From a virus (taxonomy: Duplodnaviria; Caudoviricetes), in IMG/VR virus record IMGVR_UViG_3300023076_000007, positions 1 through 27,945 of that record: 27,945 nt of DNA. The stretch is one strand, 5' to 3'. The notes beneath the pieces are model-generated. The model had not been told where the DNA came from. It made no database searches and was given only the letters and a program-made list of their open reading frames with translations. A program made the position numbers and the translations under genes. Numbering within the stretch: position 1 is the first letter of the stretch; every line of letters begins with the position of its first letter. Of this stretch, positions 1 through 6,423 are shown in pieces.

Positions 1-407
1 TCGGTTTCAAGCTGAGAGATGCCGGCATGCAAGTCCGCGATCAGCTGCGATATGCCTACCTGCGATTCGTCGCCGTCAAAGCCTTCAATGAAGTCCAGCG
101 CCTTTTTGAGCGTGATAGCAATCGATACCTTGGGTTCGCTGCCATCGGGGGCCGAGTAGTAACCCAGGCTGTGAGTGCCCATCATTTTGATGATCAGCGC
201 ATGGCAGGCTTCGATGTTTTGTAGGCTGGGCGGCATCTTGCGGTGATCACGATCGCAGATGAGGTCGGCCAAGTCGGACAGATCGGCCAGGTTCACATCG
301 ACCACCCTGAATTTTGCCCTGGCTGCGGACAGGAAAGCCTTTGTTTCGGCGTTGGGTGCCAGGGTGCCCAACTCTGCAATTTCATCTAATACATTACTTT
401 GGGACAT
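1..407 (-). CDS. Early-left operon hypothetical protein, 3'-truncated at the window edge
   Basis: Not in the ORF track. Read manually: ATG at 407 with AGGA upstream, open for 135 codons to base 1 (MSQSNVLDEIAELGTLAPNAETKAFLSAARAKFRVVDVNLADL...). Directly follows the stop of 413..604. Confidence 0.75.
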   Translation of the reverse strand, partial: MSQSNVLDEIAELGTLAPNAETKAFLSAARAKFRVVDVNLADLSDLADLICDRDHRKMPPSLQNIEACHALIIKMMGTHSLGYYSAPDGSEPKVSIAITLKKALDFIEGFDGDESQVGISQLIADLHAGISQLET

Positions 408-412
408 GCTGC

Positions 413-604
413 TTAATCCTTGTATCGTGCCAGCGGCTGGGGTGCTGGTTTGCCCGGCTCCGCGTTCTTAGCGGTGCTTTCGGCGATACGGGTTAAGCGT
501 TTAAGCCAGAATGGATCTGTGGTGGCCGTGAGGAAAGTTATCCCGAACCGGTCAAGTTTCGCCCGGTGGTAGGCTACATTCAGGTCATCAATATCCGGTT
601 GCAT
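413..604 (-). CDS. Small phage hypothetical protein, first gene of the PL operon
   Basis: Track ORF 413..643 starts at a TTG inside the operator/promoter. ATG at 604 (MQPDIDDLNVAYHRAKL...) has GGGA upstream and lies downstream of the predicted PL. Confidence 0.65.
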   Translation of the reverse strand: MQPDIDDLNVAYHRAKLDRFGITFLTATTDPFWLKRLTRIAESTAKNAEPGKPAPQPLARYKD

Positions 605-633
605 CTGCTCATCCCGTACTGCTGATGATGCGG

Positions 634-663
634 ACATTAGCAAATGCTAAATATACATGTCAA
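634..663 (-). promoter_or_regulatory. PL early leftward sigma70 promoter
   Basis: Minus strand TTGACA (663-658), 18 nt spacer, TAATGT (639-634) preceded by TGc. Overlapped by two operators. Confidence 0.75.
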
Positions 664-676
664 TAGCAAATGCTAA
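637..676. promoter_or_regulatory. OL operators (repressor/Cro binding sites)
   Basis: TTAGCAAATGCTAA (637-650, perfect TTAGCA-N2-TGCTAA palindrome) and ATAGCAAATGCTAA (663-676). A weak third match TTCGGATTTACTAA lies at 695-708. The motif recurs between repressor and cro. Confidence 0.85.
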
Positions 677-730
677 TATTTATGATATTATTTTTTCGGA
701 TTTACTAAAACGTATTGACAGTTAACCAAT

Positions 731-753
731 AAAAAACCCGCTCATGGCGGGTT
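731..753 (-). terminator. Rho-independent terminator for leftward transcription
   Basis: AAACCCGC/GCGGGTTT stem around a short loop; the T-run is on the minus strand (AAAAAA at 731-736 on plus). Confidence 0.7.
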
Positions 754-762
754 TGGTATGAT
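754..762 (+). promoter_or_regulatory. Extended -10 promoter candidate for 781..1266
   Basis: TGgTATGAT at 754-762, followed by a strong SD AGGAGGA (771-777) and ATG at 781. Confidence 0.5.
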
Positions 763-780
763 GTTGAAAAAGGAGGATAT

Positions 781-1266
781 ATGAATGAAAAATTAGACTG
801 GATTGAGGATCACGCAATTAAATCATTGTTGAGCAGGCATGAGAATGCTGATTACATTGCCCGAGAGACAAATTACGTTCTAACTCTTTTGCTGGCTGGA
901 GGAGGTGCGTGTCTAGGCTTCAGTGCTGTGCATGCTGATGGGGAGAAAGCTTTATTGGCTGCTGCTTTAGTTACTGCTATTTGGTTATTTGCGTTGGGTG
1001 CAGCATTATTGATAAGGGTTAAAAATACTAAAGATTTCCCCTCGGTCTACAATAGCCCAAAAAATCTATTATCTAGAAAAGACCTGAGTTTTGATGATTT
1101 GAAATTGGCCGATATATTGCGAATTCAAGACAGCATTGATCAAGCAGCGGCAATTGTTTTCGACCGATCGCTTATTTTAAATAGCATTCAGCGATATTCA
1201 TGCGCAACGCCAATTGTCAGTATAGTTTCCTACACAATTGCTTGGGCAATCACCGCTTTTGCTTAG
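781..1266 (+). CDS. Three-TM inner-membrane protein in the immunity region (accessory; possible exclusion or defence effector)
   Basis: Strong SD. Hydrophobic segments VLTLLLAGGGACLGFSAV, ALLAAALVTAIWLFALGAALLI and C-terminal IVSIVSYTIAWAITAFA. AT-richer than the core genes; lies between PL and the repressor. Confidence 0.8.
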   Translation: MNEKLDWIEDHAIKSLLSRHENADYIARETNYVLTLLLAGGGACLGFSAVHADGEKALLAAALVTAIWLFALGAALLIRVKNTKDFPSVYNSPKNLLSRKDLSFDDLKLADILRIQDSIDQAAAIVFDRSLILNSIQRYSCATPIVSIVSYTIAWAITAFA

Positions 1267-1321
1267 GGTCGTCGTTTTTTCGCATCGGTTCTTGCTCTGG
1301 AAGTTTTTCATCTCCACCCAT
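1250..1321 (-). CDS. 23-aa micropeptide candidate MGGDEKLPEQEPMRKNDDPKQKR
   Basis: Below the track cutoff. SD GAGGGG overlaps the end of the upstream micro-ORF (GAGGGGT TAA AG ATG). Stop TGA at 1252-1250; overlaps the 3' end of 781..1266. Confidence 0.5.
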   Translation of the reverse strand: MGGDEKLPEQEPMRKNDDPKQKR

Positions 1322-1323
1322 CT

Positions 1324-1419
1324 TTAACCCCTCGGATTTTTTCCTGGTGAATCTTTAACTGGAACCTGCTCCCGTCTAGCCGGCGGGGGTGGATTCAACG
1401 GTTGATCTGCAAAGTTCAT
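1324..1419 (-). CDS. 31-aa proline-rich micropeptide candidate MNFADQPLNPPPPARREQVPVKDSPGKNPRG
   Basis: Below the track cutoff. SD GAGGT overlaps the repressor stop (TAG AGGTATAC ATG); stop TAA at 1326-1324. Confidence 0.6.
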   Translation of the reverse strand: MNFADQPLNPPPPARREQVPVKDSPGKNPRG

Positions 1420-1427
1420 GTATACCT

Positions 1428-1760
1428 CTACTTTTTGAGTGGTTCGCCAGCTAATGTTTTGCCGATCATCACCATTTGTTGTTTCTGGGTGTCCGACATT
1501 TGTTCCATAATCATAATCACTTCGTATTCCGGGGTGTCTTGCTTAGCCATAAGTTGCTCTTGCTCATCGAAATAAAACGGTGCCAATTTGCAGGCTAGTT
1601 CAATTTTTCGAGCGGATTTTTCACCAAATGGCCGATGCTTATTCAGTATTTGCGACAGATAAGAAGCATCTACGCCATATTGACGCTGTATTTCTGCGGC
1701 ACTGCCGACCTTCTTCACAAATTCCTGAAGTTTAAGGATTCTGGTCTCTTGAATCTTCAT
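1428..1760 (-). CDS. CI-like prophage repressor (Xre HTH, 110 aa, no S24 peptidase domain)
   Basis: HTH AAEIQRQYGVDASYLSQILNKHRPFGEKSARKIE. Divergent from the cro-like gene across operators. SD GGAGGA (1776-1771) supports ATG at 1760 over the track start 1802. Confidence 0.85.
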   Translation of the reverse strand: MKIQETRILKLQEFVKKVGSAAEIQRQYGVDASYLSQILNKHRPFGEKSARKIELACKLAPFYFDEQEQLMAKQDTPEYEVIMIMEQMSDTQKQQMVMIGKTLAGEPLKK

Positions 1761-1780
1761 CCGTAAATAATCCTCCATAA

Positions 1781-1834
1781 TTAGCATTTGCGAAATTGAC
1801 AAATGCTATTGACTTAATAATTAGCGTTTGCTAA
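1781..1834. promoter_or_regulatory. OR operators (three sites)
   Basis: TTAGCATTTGCGAA (1781-1794), TTGACAAATGCTAT (1796-1809) and TTAGCGTTTGCTAA (1821-1834), matching the OL consensus at 11/12, 9/12 and 11/12. Confidence 0.85.
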
Positions 1835-1837
1835 TGT
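1809..1837 (+). promoter_or_regulatory. PR early rightward promoter
   Basis: TTGACT (1809-1814), 17 nt, TAATGT (1832-1837) with TGc extension; the same -10 context as PL. Confidence 0.8.
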
Positions 1838-1844
1838 TCGTCGC

Positions 1845-2039
1845 ATGAAAACCGATTCTGAAATTATTGATGCCATTGGGGGCAACCGTGTTGTTGCAGA
1901 AATTTGTGCACCTACTTTGCCGGAAGTTGTATCTGGATGGCGAAGACGGGGTATCCCAAGAGGGTGGCGTCACGTTTTAAAACTCAAATTTCCTGAATAT
2001 TTTTCAGAGCAAGATTCCATGAGTCAGGTTGCAGCTTGA
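1845..2039 (+). CDS. cro: Cro-like HTH regulator
   Basis: 64 aa, IIDAIGG...VAEIC...VVSGWRRRGIP pattern of Cro/YdaS-like proteins; first gene after PR. Confidence 0.85.
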   Translation: MKTDSEIIDAIGGNRVVAEICAPTLPEVVSGWRRRGIPRGWRHVLKLKFPEYFSEQDSMSQVAA

Positions 2040-2370
2040 ATTCCGCGTCAGCACGGATGTTTTTGTTATTTGCTGAATATTCCGGTGAACCGGTTGCTTC
2101 GTCTCCTACCTCTGTGCCACCCACGATCCTCCCCGACGTGGGTGGCTTTTTTTTGGTTAAGAGAAGGGCACGTTGAAAGCTGGCGTGTACGCCAGTGATG
2201 AATGTGAAGTCAGGATTAACGCTATACCCGCAGCCGCTGCAATGGCTGATAAAGCTAAAAGGGCGCGGGTTTAGTGCTGGATTGACGGCCTCGCGCTTTT
2301 CGTGATTGCAGTGCCCGCACCGCAGCACGAATTGAAGGCCATCTCCAGATAGATTTACCGCATCAAACAT
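1984..2370 (-). CDS. Possible Zn-ribbon protein antisense to the PR operon
   Basis: CGHC...CSGC pair in the N-terminal half fills an otherwise empty cro-cII gap. The C-terminal half runs through the terminator and into cro; SD is weak. Confidence 0.35.
   Translation of the reverse strand: MFDAVNLSGDGLQFVLRCGHCNHEKREAVNPALNPRPFSFISHCSGCGYSVNPDFTFITGVHASFQRALLLTKKKPPTSGRIVGGTEVGDEATGSPEYSANNKNIRADAEFKLQPDSWNLALKNIQEI
2116..2154 (+). terminator. tR1-like terminator after cro, with a C-rich loop
   Basis: GCCACCCACG-atcctccccga-CGTGGGTGGC followed by T8. Confidence 0.85.
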
Positions 2371-2410
2371 AATAAGAAACCTTGAATATTTCGAAGAGAC
2401 GAAACAATTA

Positions 2411-2436
2411 TGTATTTGATTAAATACAATAAATAC
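2411..2436. promoter_or_regulatory. Candidate CII-binding / establishment-promoter site
   Basis: Inverted repeat TGTATTT-gatt-AAATACA (2411-2428) plus a further AAATAC (2431-2436), directly upstream of the CII-like gene. Confidence 0.4.
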
Positions 2437-2444
2437 GGCTTTTT

Positions 2445-2924
2445 ATGTCAGGAATAGCCGTGTTTAATATCCCCGATTTGGTGTATGACACCGCCCACGG
2501 ATACCCAGGCGGTGTGCCGGCGCTGGCTACCAGGTACTGCACCCCCCATTACAAAATGTCGCCGAACGTACTTTCGAAGAAAGTAGACCCCGATGTGCAT
2601 AGTCATTGGACGACGGTGGAGGAGCTTATCAAGATGATCCACTTCACTGGCGATCATCGAGTGGTGCATGGGTTTGCTGCGATGGTCGGTGCTGTGCTGG
2701 TCTATGTGGAAGACCTGGAACACGTCAACGATATGGAATTGCTTGAAACCTACACCGAGGTCATGAGTGTATTTGGTGAATTCAGCAAGCTATTCCACGT
2801 AAGCCTGGCCGACAGAAAAATAACCCGGCCAGAATACCTCCAGATGAAAGCAGCCTGGCATAAATTACAGTCAGCTGCCATGACACTGCTGGGCCGGATT
2901 GAAAGCCTGATCGATGAAGAATAG
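2445..2924 (+). CDS. Phage regulatory protein CII (phage 186/CP76-like family)
   Basis: YPGGVPALA...PNVLSKKVDP...H...TGDHRVVHGFA...GEFSK...SLADRKIT pattern; position after cro. GTG at 2460 with AGGA upstream is an alternative start. Confidence 0.85.
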   Translation: MSGIAVFNIPDLVYDTAHGYPGGVPALATRYCTPHYKMSPNVLSKKVDPDVHSHWTTVEELIKMIHFTGDHRVVHGFAAMVGAVLVYVEDLEHVNDMELLETYTEVMSVFGEFSKLFHVSLADRKITRPEYLQMKAAWHKLQSAAMTLLGRIESLIDEE

Positions 2925-3099
2925 ACGTCGCAGGCTTGCCAGGCAGCGGGCATGCAACCGGGCCGACCGCCTCCGAATAAGGTTTTTGGTGTCGAAATTC
3001 GTCAAAGAATGCTGCGACAAAGTGGTAGCTAGGATGGTGGCTGCCTTTTCTACCGCATTCGACCGGATGCTAGGCCTGTATCGCAGGGAGCCGGATTAA
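2914..3099 (+). CDS. Small basic hypothetical protein
   Basis: Overlaps the CII stop; its TAA overlaps the next ATG (TAATG). Confidence 0.55.
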   Translation: MKNRRRRLARQRACNRADRLRIRFLVSKFVKECCDKVVARMVAAFSTAFDRMLGLYRREPD

Positions 3100-3614
3100 T
3101 GGCCCGCTTTGTTCCATACGGGCGTGACATCTACAACAAGCGTAAAGCAGGTGAAAAAGTCGGTCTATTGATAGTCGGCACCGGCTGGAAGGCCGGGCAG
3201 CTGTTCCCCAATAACGAGCGCGTACAGCGTTGCGTGATCCTGGATGACATGCCGATCACTGGCGGCAACATCATGTTCATGGCCGGGCTGGATGTGCTGG
3301 TCTGTCCCTCTGAAGAAACCACCGATAAGCGCCTGCAGGAAGTGTTGGCCGCCTGCTTTGAGCATGGCAAGGCCAGCCAGGTGTGGTGCGTGTTCAATGA
3401 GGATATCGCCCACGAGGTGAAGTACTTCGAAAGCGCCAATGCTGAATTCGATAACGCAGTAACCACAGGCGTCTCAGTACCCCTCGACGGGCTTGCGCCA
3501 GCCATTAAAGAAGCCCAGCGGATGATGATGATCCGGCGACAGGGCATCTACGCAGATCCCGATACTCACGATGATTTTGTGCGCAAGCTATTCGAAAGCG
3601 CGGTGGCTTCATGA
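3099..3614 (+). CDS. Hypothetical protein of the replication module
   Basis: 171 aa, SD GGGAG, coupled by ATGA to the VapE gene. Confidence 0.75.
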   Translation: MARFVPYGRDIYNKRKAGEKVGLLIVGTGWKAGQLFPNNERVQRCVILDDMPITGGNIMFMAGLDVLVCPSEETTDKRLQEVLAACFEHGKASQVWCVFNEDIAHEVKYFESANAEFDNAVTTGVSVPLDGLAPAIKEAQRMMMIRRQGIYADPDTHDDFVRKLFESAVAS

Positions 3615-4921
3615 GCGCCAAAAAAGACGCTGCCCAGGAGGTGTTCGACAAGCTGGACGTAGACGCCATGCTCATCAAGAGCGAAAAAGGCAACCCGATG
3701 GCACTGCCGGCGAATATTGAATGCATCCTCCAGAACGACGCGGAATGGCAAGGCGTGTTGCGCCTGAATGAAATGTCGGGCGAGGTGGACAAGGTGAAGC
3801 AGCCGCCGATCTCGGGTGGTCTCGGCCAATGGCGTGATACCGACGACACGCGCTTATCGATCTGGTGCTCTCGTAAATACGGGCTGCATGCTTCAGTCAA
3901 GAATATGTACGAAGTGGTCAATGCGGTGGCGGATGAGCATAGCTATTCGCCAGTGCGTGATTACCTGGATAACCTGACCTGGGATAAAACGCCCCGGCTG
4001 GCAACCATGTTGCGAAAGTATTTCGGGGCGAGTGCCGAAGCGCCGGATAAGTACCTGGAACTGGTCGGCATCTATTGGATGATCTCTGCGGTCGCCAGAA
4101 CCTACTGGCCGGGCTGCAAAGCTGATTGCGTGCTGATTCTGGAAGGCGAACAGGGCAAGAAAAAATCCACGGCGCTCAAGGTGCTGTGCGGTGATGACTG
4201 GTTCATGGATACGCCGATCAAGATAGGCTCGACGGATGCCTACCAGGCCATGCGCGGCATATGGATTGTCGAACTGGCCGAACTGGACAGCTTGAACAGG
4301 TCGGAGTCTTCCACTTCCAAAGCGTTTTTCTCCTCTACCAAAGACCGATACCGGGCCGCTTATGGCCGACGTGTCATTTCGGTGTTACGCCAGTGCGTGT
4401 TCGCGGGTTCGGTCAATCATCGGCAGTACATGCGAGATGAGACCGACAACCGGCGCTACCTGCCCGTGTGGTGCGATGAATTTTCCCTTGAAGAACTAAA
4501 GGCCGACCGTGACCAATTATGGGCCGAAGCGGTAGCGCTCTATAAAGACGGGCACCGTTGGTGGGCTGAAGACGATGACGAAAAGGCGTTGTTCAAAGAG
4601 GAACAGGCCAAGCGCTACATCGGCGATGCGTATGAGGAAAAGATTGAACGCTGGCTGCGGGATAACCCGGCCATCGAAGTGACGATGGAGAAGCTGATGG
4701 GCAACGCCCTGGGGCTTGATTCCAGCAAGTGGAGCAAGGCTGAACAGATGCGAGTCGGCACGATCATGACGTCGCGCCTGGGCTGGGTGAAGAAGCGGCC
4801 AGAGAGGTCGGGCACTCGCATATACGTGTATTTCCCGCCCAAGAACTGGCTGTCGGTTAATTATGAACCGGGCCAGGATGCCGGCAAGGAGATGGATGAT
4901 GGAGAGGAGATTCTATTTTGA
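3611..4921 (+). CDS. VapE/VirE-family P-loop ATPase (phage replication helicase)
   Basis: HSYSPVRDYLDNLTWD, PGCKADCVLILEGEQGKKKST (Walker A), WIVELAELD (Walker B), YRAAYGR, RQCVFAGSVN, DETDNRRY, RDQLWAEA. Confidence 0.92.
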   Translation: MSAKKDAAQEVFDKLDVDAMLIKSEKGNPMALPANIECILQNDAEWQGVLRLNEMSGEVDKVKQPPISGGLGQWRDTDDTRLSIWCSRKYGLHASVKNMYEVVNAVADEHSYSPVRDYLDNLTWDKTPRLATMLRKYFGASAEAPDKYLELVGIYWMISAVARTYWPGCKADCVLILEGEQGKKKSTALKVLCGDDWFMDTPIKIGSTDAYQAMRGIWIVELAELDSLNRSESSTSKAFFSSTKDRYRAAYGRRVISVLRQCVFAGSVNHRQYMRDETDNRRYLPVWCDEFSLEELKADRDQLWAEAVALYKDGHRWWAEDDDEKALFKEEQAKRYIGDAYEEKIERWLRDNPAIEVTMEKLMGNALGLDSSKWSKAEQMRVGTIMTSRLGWVKKRPERSGTRIYVYFPPKNWLSVNYEPGQDAGKEMDDGEEILF

Positions 4922-4939
4922 TGGCTCTCTGTATTGATT

Positions 4940-5134
4940 CCGTCCTACCAAACGCAAGGCCGGACGGAGGCCGGACGCTGGAAAGCCGCACGGTTATTGG
5001 CTCCGTCCTACCGTCGCACCCGTCCTACCAGTCTTCCCATACGTGTACGCGCGCGTCATGTGTATTTTTTTTAAGTAGGACAGATAGGACAGTAGGACGC
5101 AATAAGCAACGGCGCGGGTTTCCAGCGTCCGGCC
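4940..5134. repeat. Putative replication origin: convergent iterons inside a large inverted repeat
   Basis: CCGTCCTACC at 4940, 5003 and 5020; inverted (G/A)TAGGAC at 5075, 5084 and 5092; perfect 16-bp IR GGCCGGACGCTGGAAA (4969-4984) / TTTCCAGCGTCCGGCC (5119-5134); central purine-pyrimidine tract and T-run. Confidence 0.7.
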
Positions 5135-5164
5135 ACGTCGCACCATCCATAAAAGAGGCGGGCA

Positions 5165-5407
5165 ATGAATAAGCGTGAACAGACCCGGCAGGACTTCCCC
5201 GAAAACGCCAAGATCATTGATGCCTTCACTGAGGTGTTCGGTGCGGTGCGGATTGACTACGTGGCTGAAGGCGGTCGGGAACTCAAGACACGCAACCATA
5301 CCGAGGAAAGCCAGTTCAAGGTGATCAAGGGCAAAGACCTGGTGACGAATCCCGATCCCGAGAAAATGAAACAGTTTTATGCAAAGCACAAGGTGAAACC
5401 ATTATGA
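5165..5407 (+). CDS. Phage hypothetical protein
   Basis: SD GAGG; overlaps the next start (ATGA). Confidence 0.7.
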   Translation: MNKREQTRQDFPENAKIIDAFTEVFGAVRIDYVAEGGRELKTRNHTEESQFKVIKGKDLVTNPDPEKMKQFYAKHKVKPL

Positions 5408-5736
5408 GTTGGGCATTTACTAAACCCGAATTGATTCAATCAGCCAGGAAAACACATCTTTGTTTCTGGTGTGGGCAGCTTGTTAACGTTGGGGAAAGCT
5501 ATACCAGATACCGCGCTTTCTATAGTGGTGATGCCTCTACTATGCGCATGCATAACGAATGTCACTTGGCAATGACGGAAGCAGCAACCTTGGAGGGGGA
5601 TGTAATTGAATTTGGTCTAGCAGATAACCCGCGAGGGGGAAATTGTGGGTATTGCGGTGACGAGAACTGTGTCCCGTGTGGAAAACATGCAGCTTATAGA
5701 GAAAGCCGCAAGCAGGAAAGGCAGTCTCTGGCATGA
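5404..5736 (+). CDS. Cys/His-rich putative zinc-binding phage protein
   Basis: ARKTHLCFWCG...GESY...HNEC and CGYC...CVPC motifs; coupled on both sides. Confidence 0.7.
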   Translation: MSWAFTKPELIQSARKTHLCFWCGQLVNVGESYTRYRAFYSGDASTMRMHNECHLAMTEAATLEGDVIEFGLADNPRGGNCGYCGDENCVPCGKHAAYRESRKQERQSLA

Positions 5737-5939
5737 AAAGTACCGCACTCCCGCGTGATGCATATCAAGACCCGGAAACGTATGTAGCCAATAAAGAATT
5801 GAAGGAACTCGGCTGCCGGGCCTGCGACAGTAGCGTGCCGGTCGGCAGCCGTGTCGGATGCAGCGAACCGAGAAAGACCGATCAGAAGGGCATTCCGCAC
5901 ATAGGCAGTAGATGCAAGTTTTTTAAATTGAAGGGGTGA
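5733..5939 (+). CDS. Small Cys-containing hypothetical protein
   Basis: GCRAC...C...C; ATGA overlap; directly precedes Q. Confidence 0.65.
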   Translation: MKSTALPRDAYQDPETYVANKELKELGCRACDSSVPVGSRVGCSEPRKTDQKGIPHIGSRCKFFKLKG

Positions 5940-5942
5940 TAC

Positions 5943-6365
5943 ATGTTTCAAACATACGTTGAAAGCAGGCTGGCATTGTGGGCAGCGCAGAAGGCCAGGC
6001 GCGAGGATGGCGGGCTGGGCATGCCGCGCAAGTCCGCTTTCGTTCGTGAGATATCGGGTGGCTTCTGGACGCCAGACATGGACTCGGCATGTTACGAGGT
6101 CGATCAGTGTGTGTGTGCCCTGATACCGGAAAGGCGTGAAGCCATCGAAGCCTGCTATGAAACCGACAAGCGATTCCGTTTCATGACGATTAAGCAGAAG
6201 GCCACGGCGATGGACGTGCATAAGAATACTTACTACAACCGCTTGGAACTGGCAATGAAAGACATCCTCGGTTTCCTCAACGACCTGGCTGCCGGCATAC
6301 CTGTGACGCCATACACAGTGCGGACGTCCGCACTAAACGAAATTAAAGTTGCAGAATACGCTTGA
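5943..6365 (+). CDS. Late antitermination protein Q-like
   Basis: RLALWA...GGLGMP N-terminus, C-terminal HTH (KATAMDVHKNTYYNRLELA); immediately followed by a promoter-terminator pair and the late genes. Confidence 0.85.
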   Translation: MFQTYVESRLALWAAQKARREDGGLGMPRKSAFVREISGGFWTPDMDSACYEVDQCVCALIPERREAIEACYETDKRFRFMTIKQKATAMDVHKNTYYNRLELAMKDILGFLNDLAAGIPVTPYTVRTSALNEIKVAEYA

Positions 6366-6391
6366 CAGCATTTGGACTAAACGTGTATAAA
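6362..6391 (+). promoter_or_regulatory. Late promoter PR'
   Basis: TTGACA (6362-6367, overlapping the Q stop), 18 nt, TATAAA (6386-6391). Confidence 0.75.
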
Positions 6392-6423
6392 TTCGCTAGG
6401 CTGTTAATCAGTCCGTCCAAAGC

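Noticed and set aside
27-496. Plus-strand ORFs 27..224, 259..471 and 314..496
   Set aside because: Shadows of the minus-strand PL operon genes (1..407, 413..604); no SD or plausible promoter.
715-720. Perfect TTGACA on the plus strand as -35 for gene 781
   Set aside because: No -10-like hexamer 16-18 nt downstream; that position falls in the GC-rich terminator stem.
4940-5134. Repeats as a CRISPR array or IS ends
   Set aside because: Repeats are 7-16 bp, irregularly spaced and in both orientations; no cas or transposase gene.
4918-5389. ORFs 4918..5172 (+) and 4994..5389 (-)
   Set aside because: They run through the repeat/origin structure or lie antisense to 5165..5407. The peptide repeats (SVLP, TVGR) simply mirror the DNA iterons.
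5694-6221. 175-aa minus-strand ORF
   Set aside because: Antisense to Q and its upstream gene; no recognisable motif.
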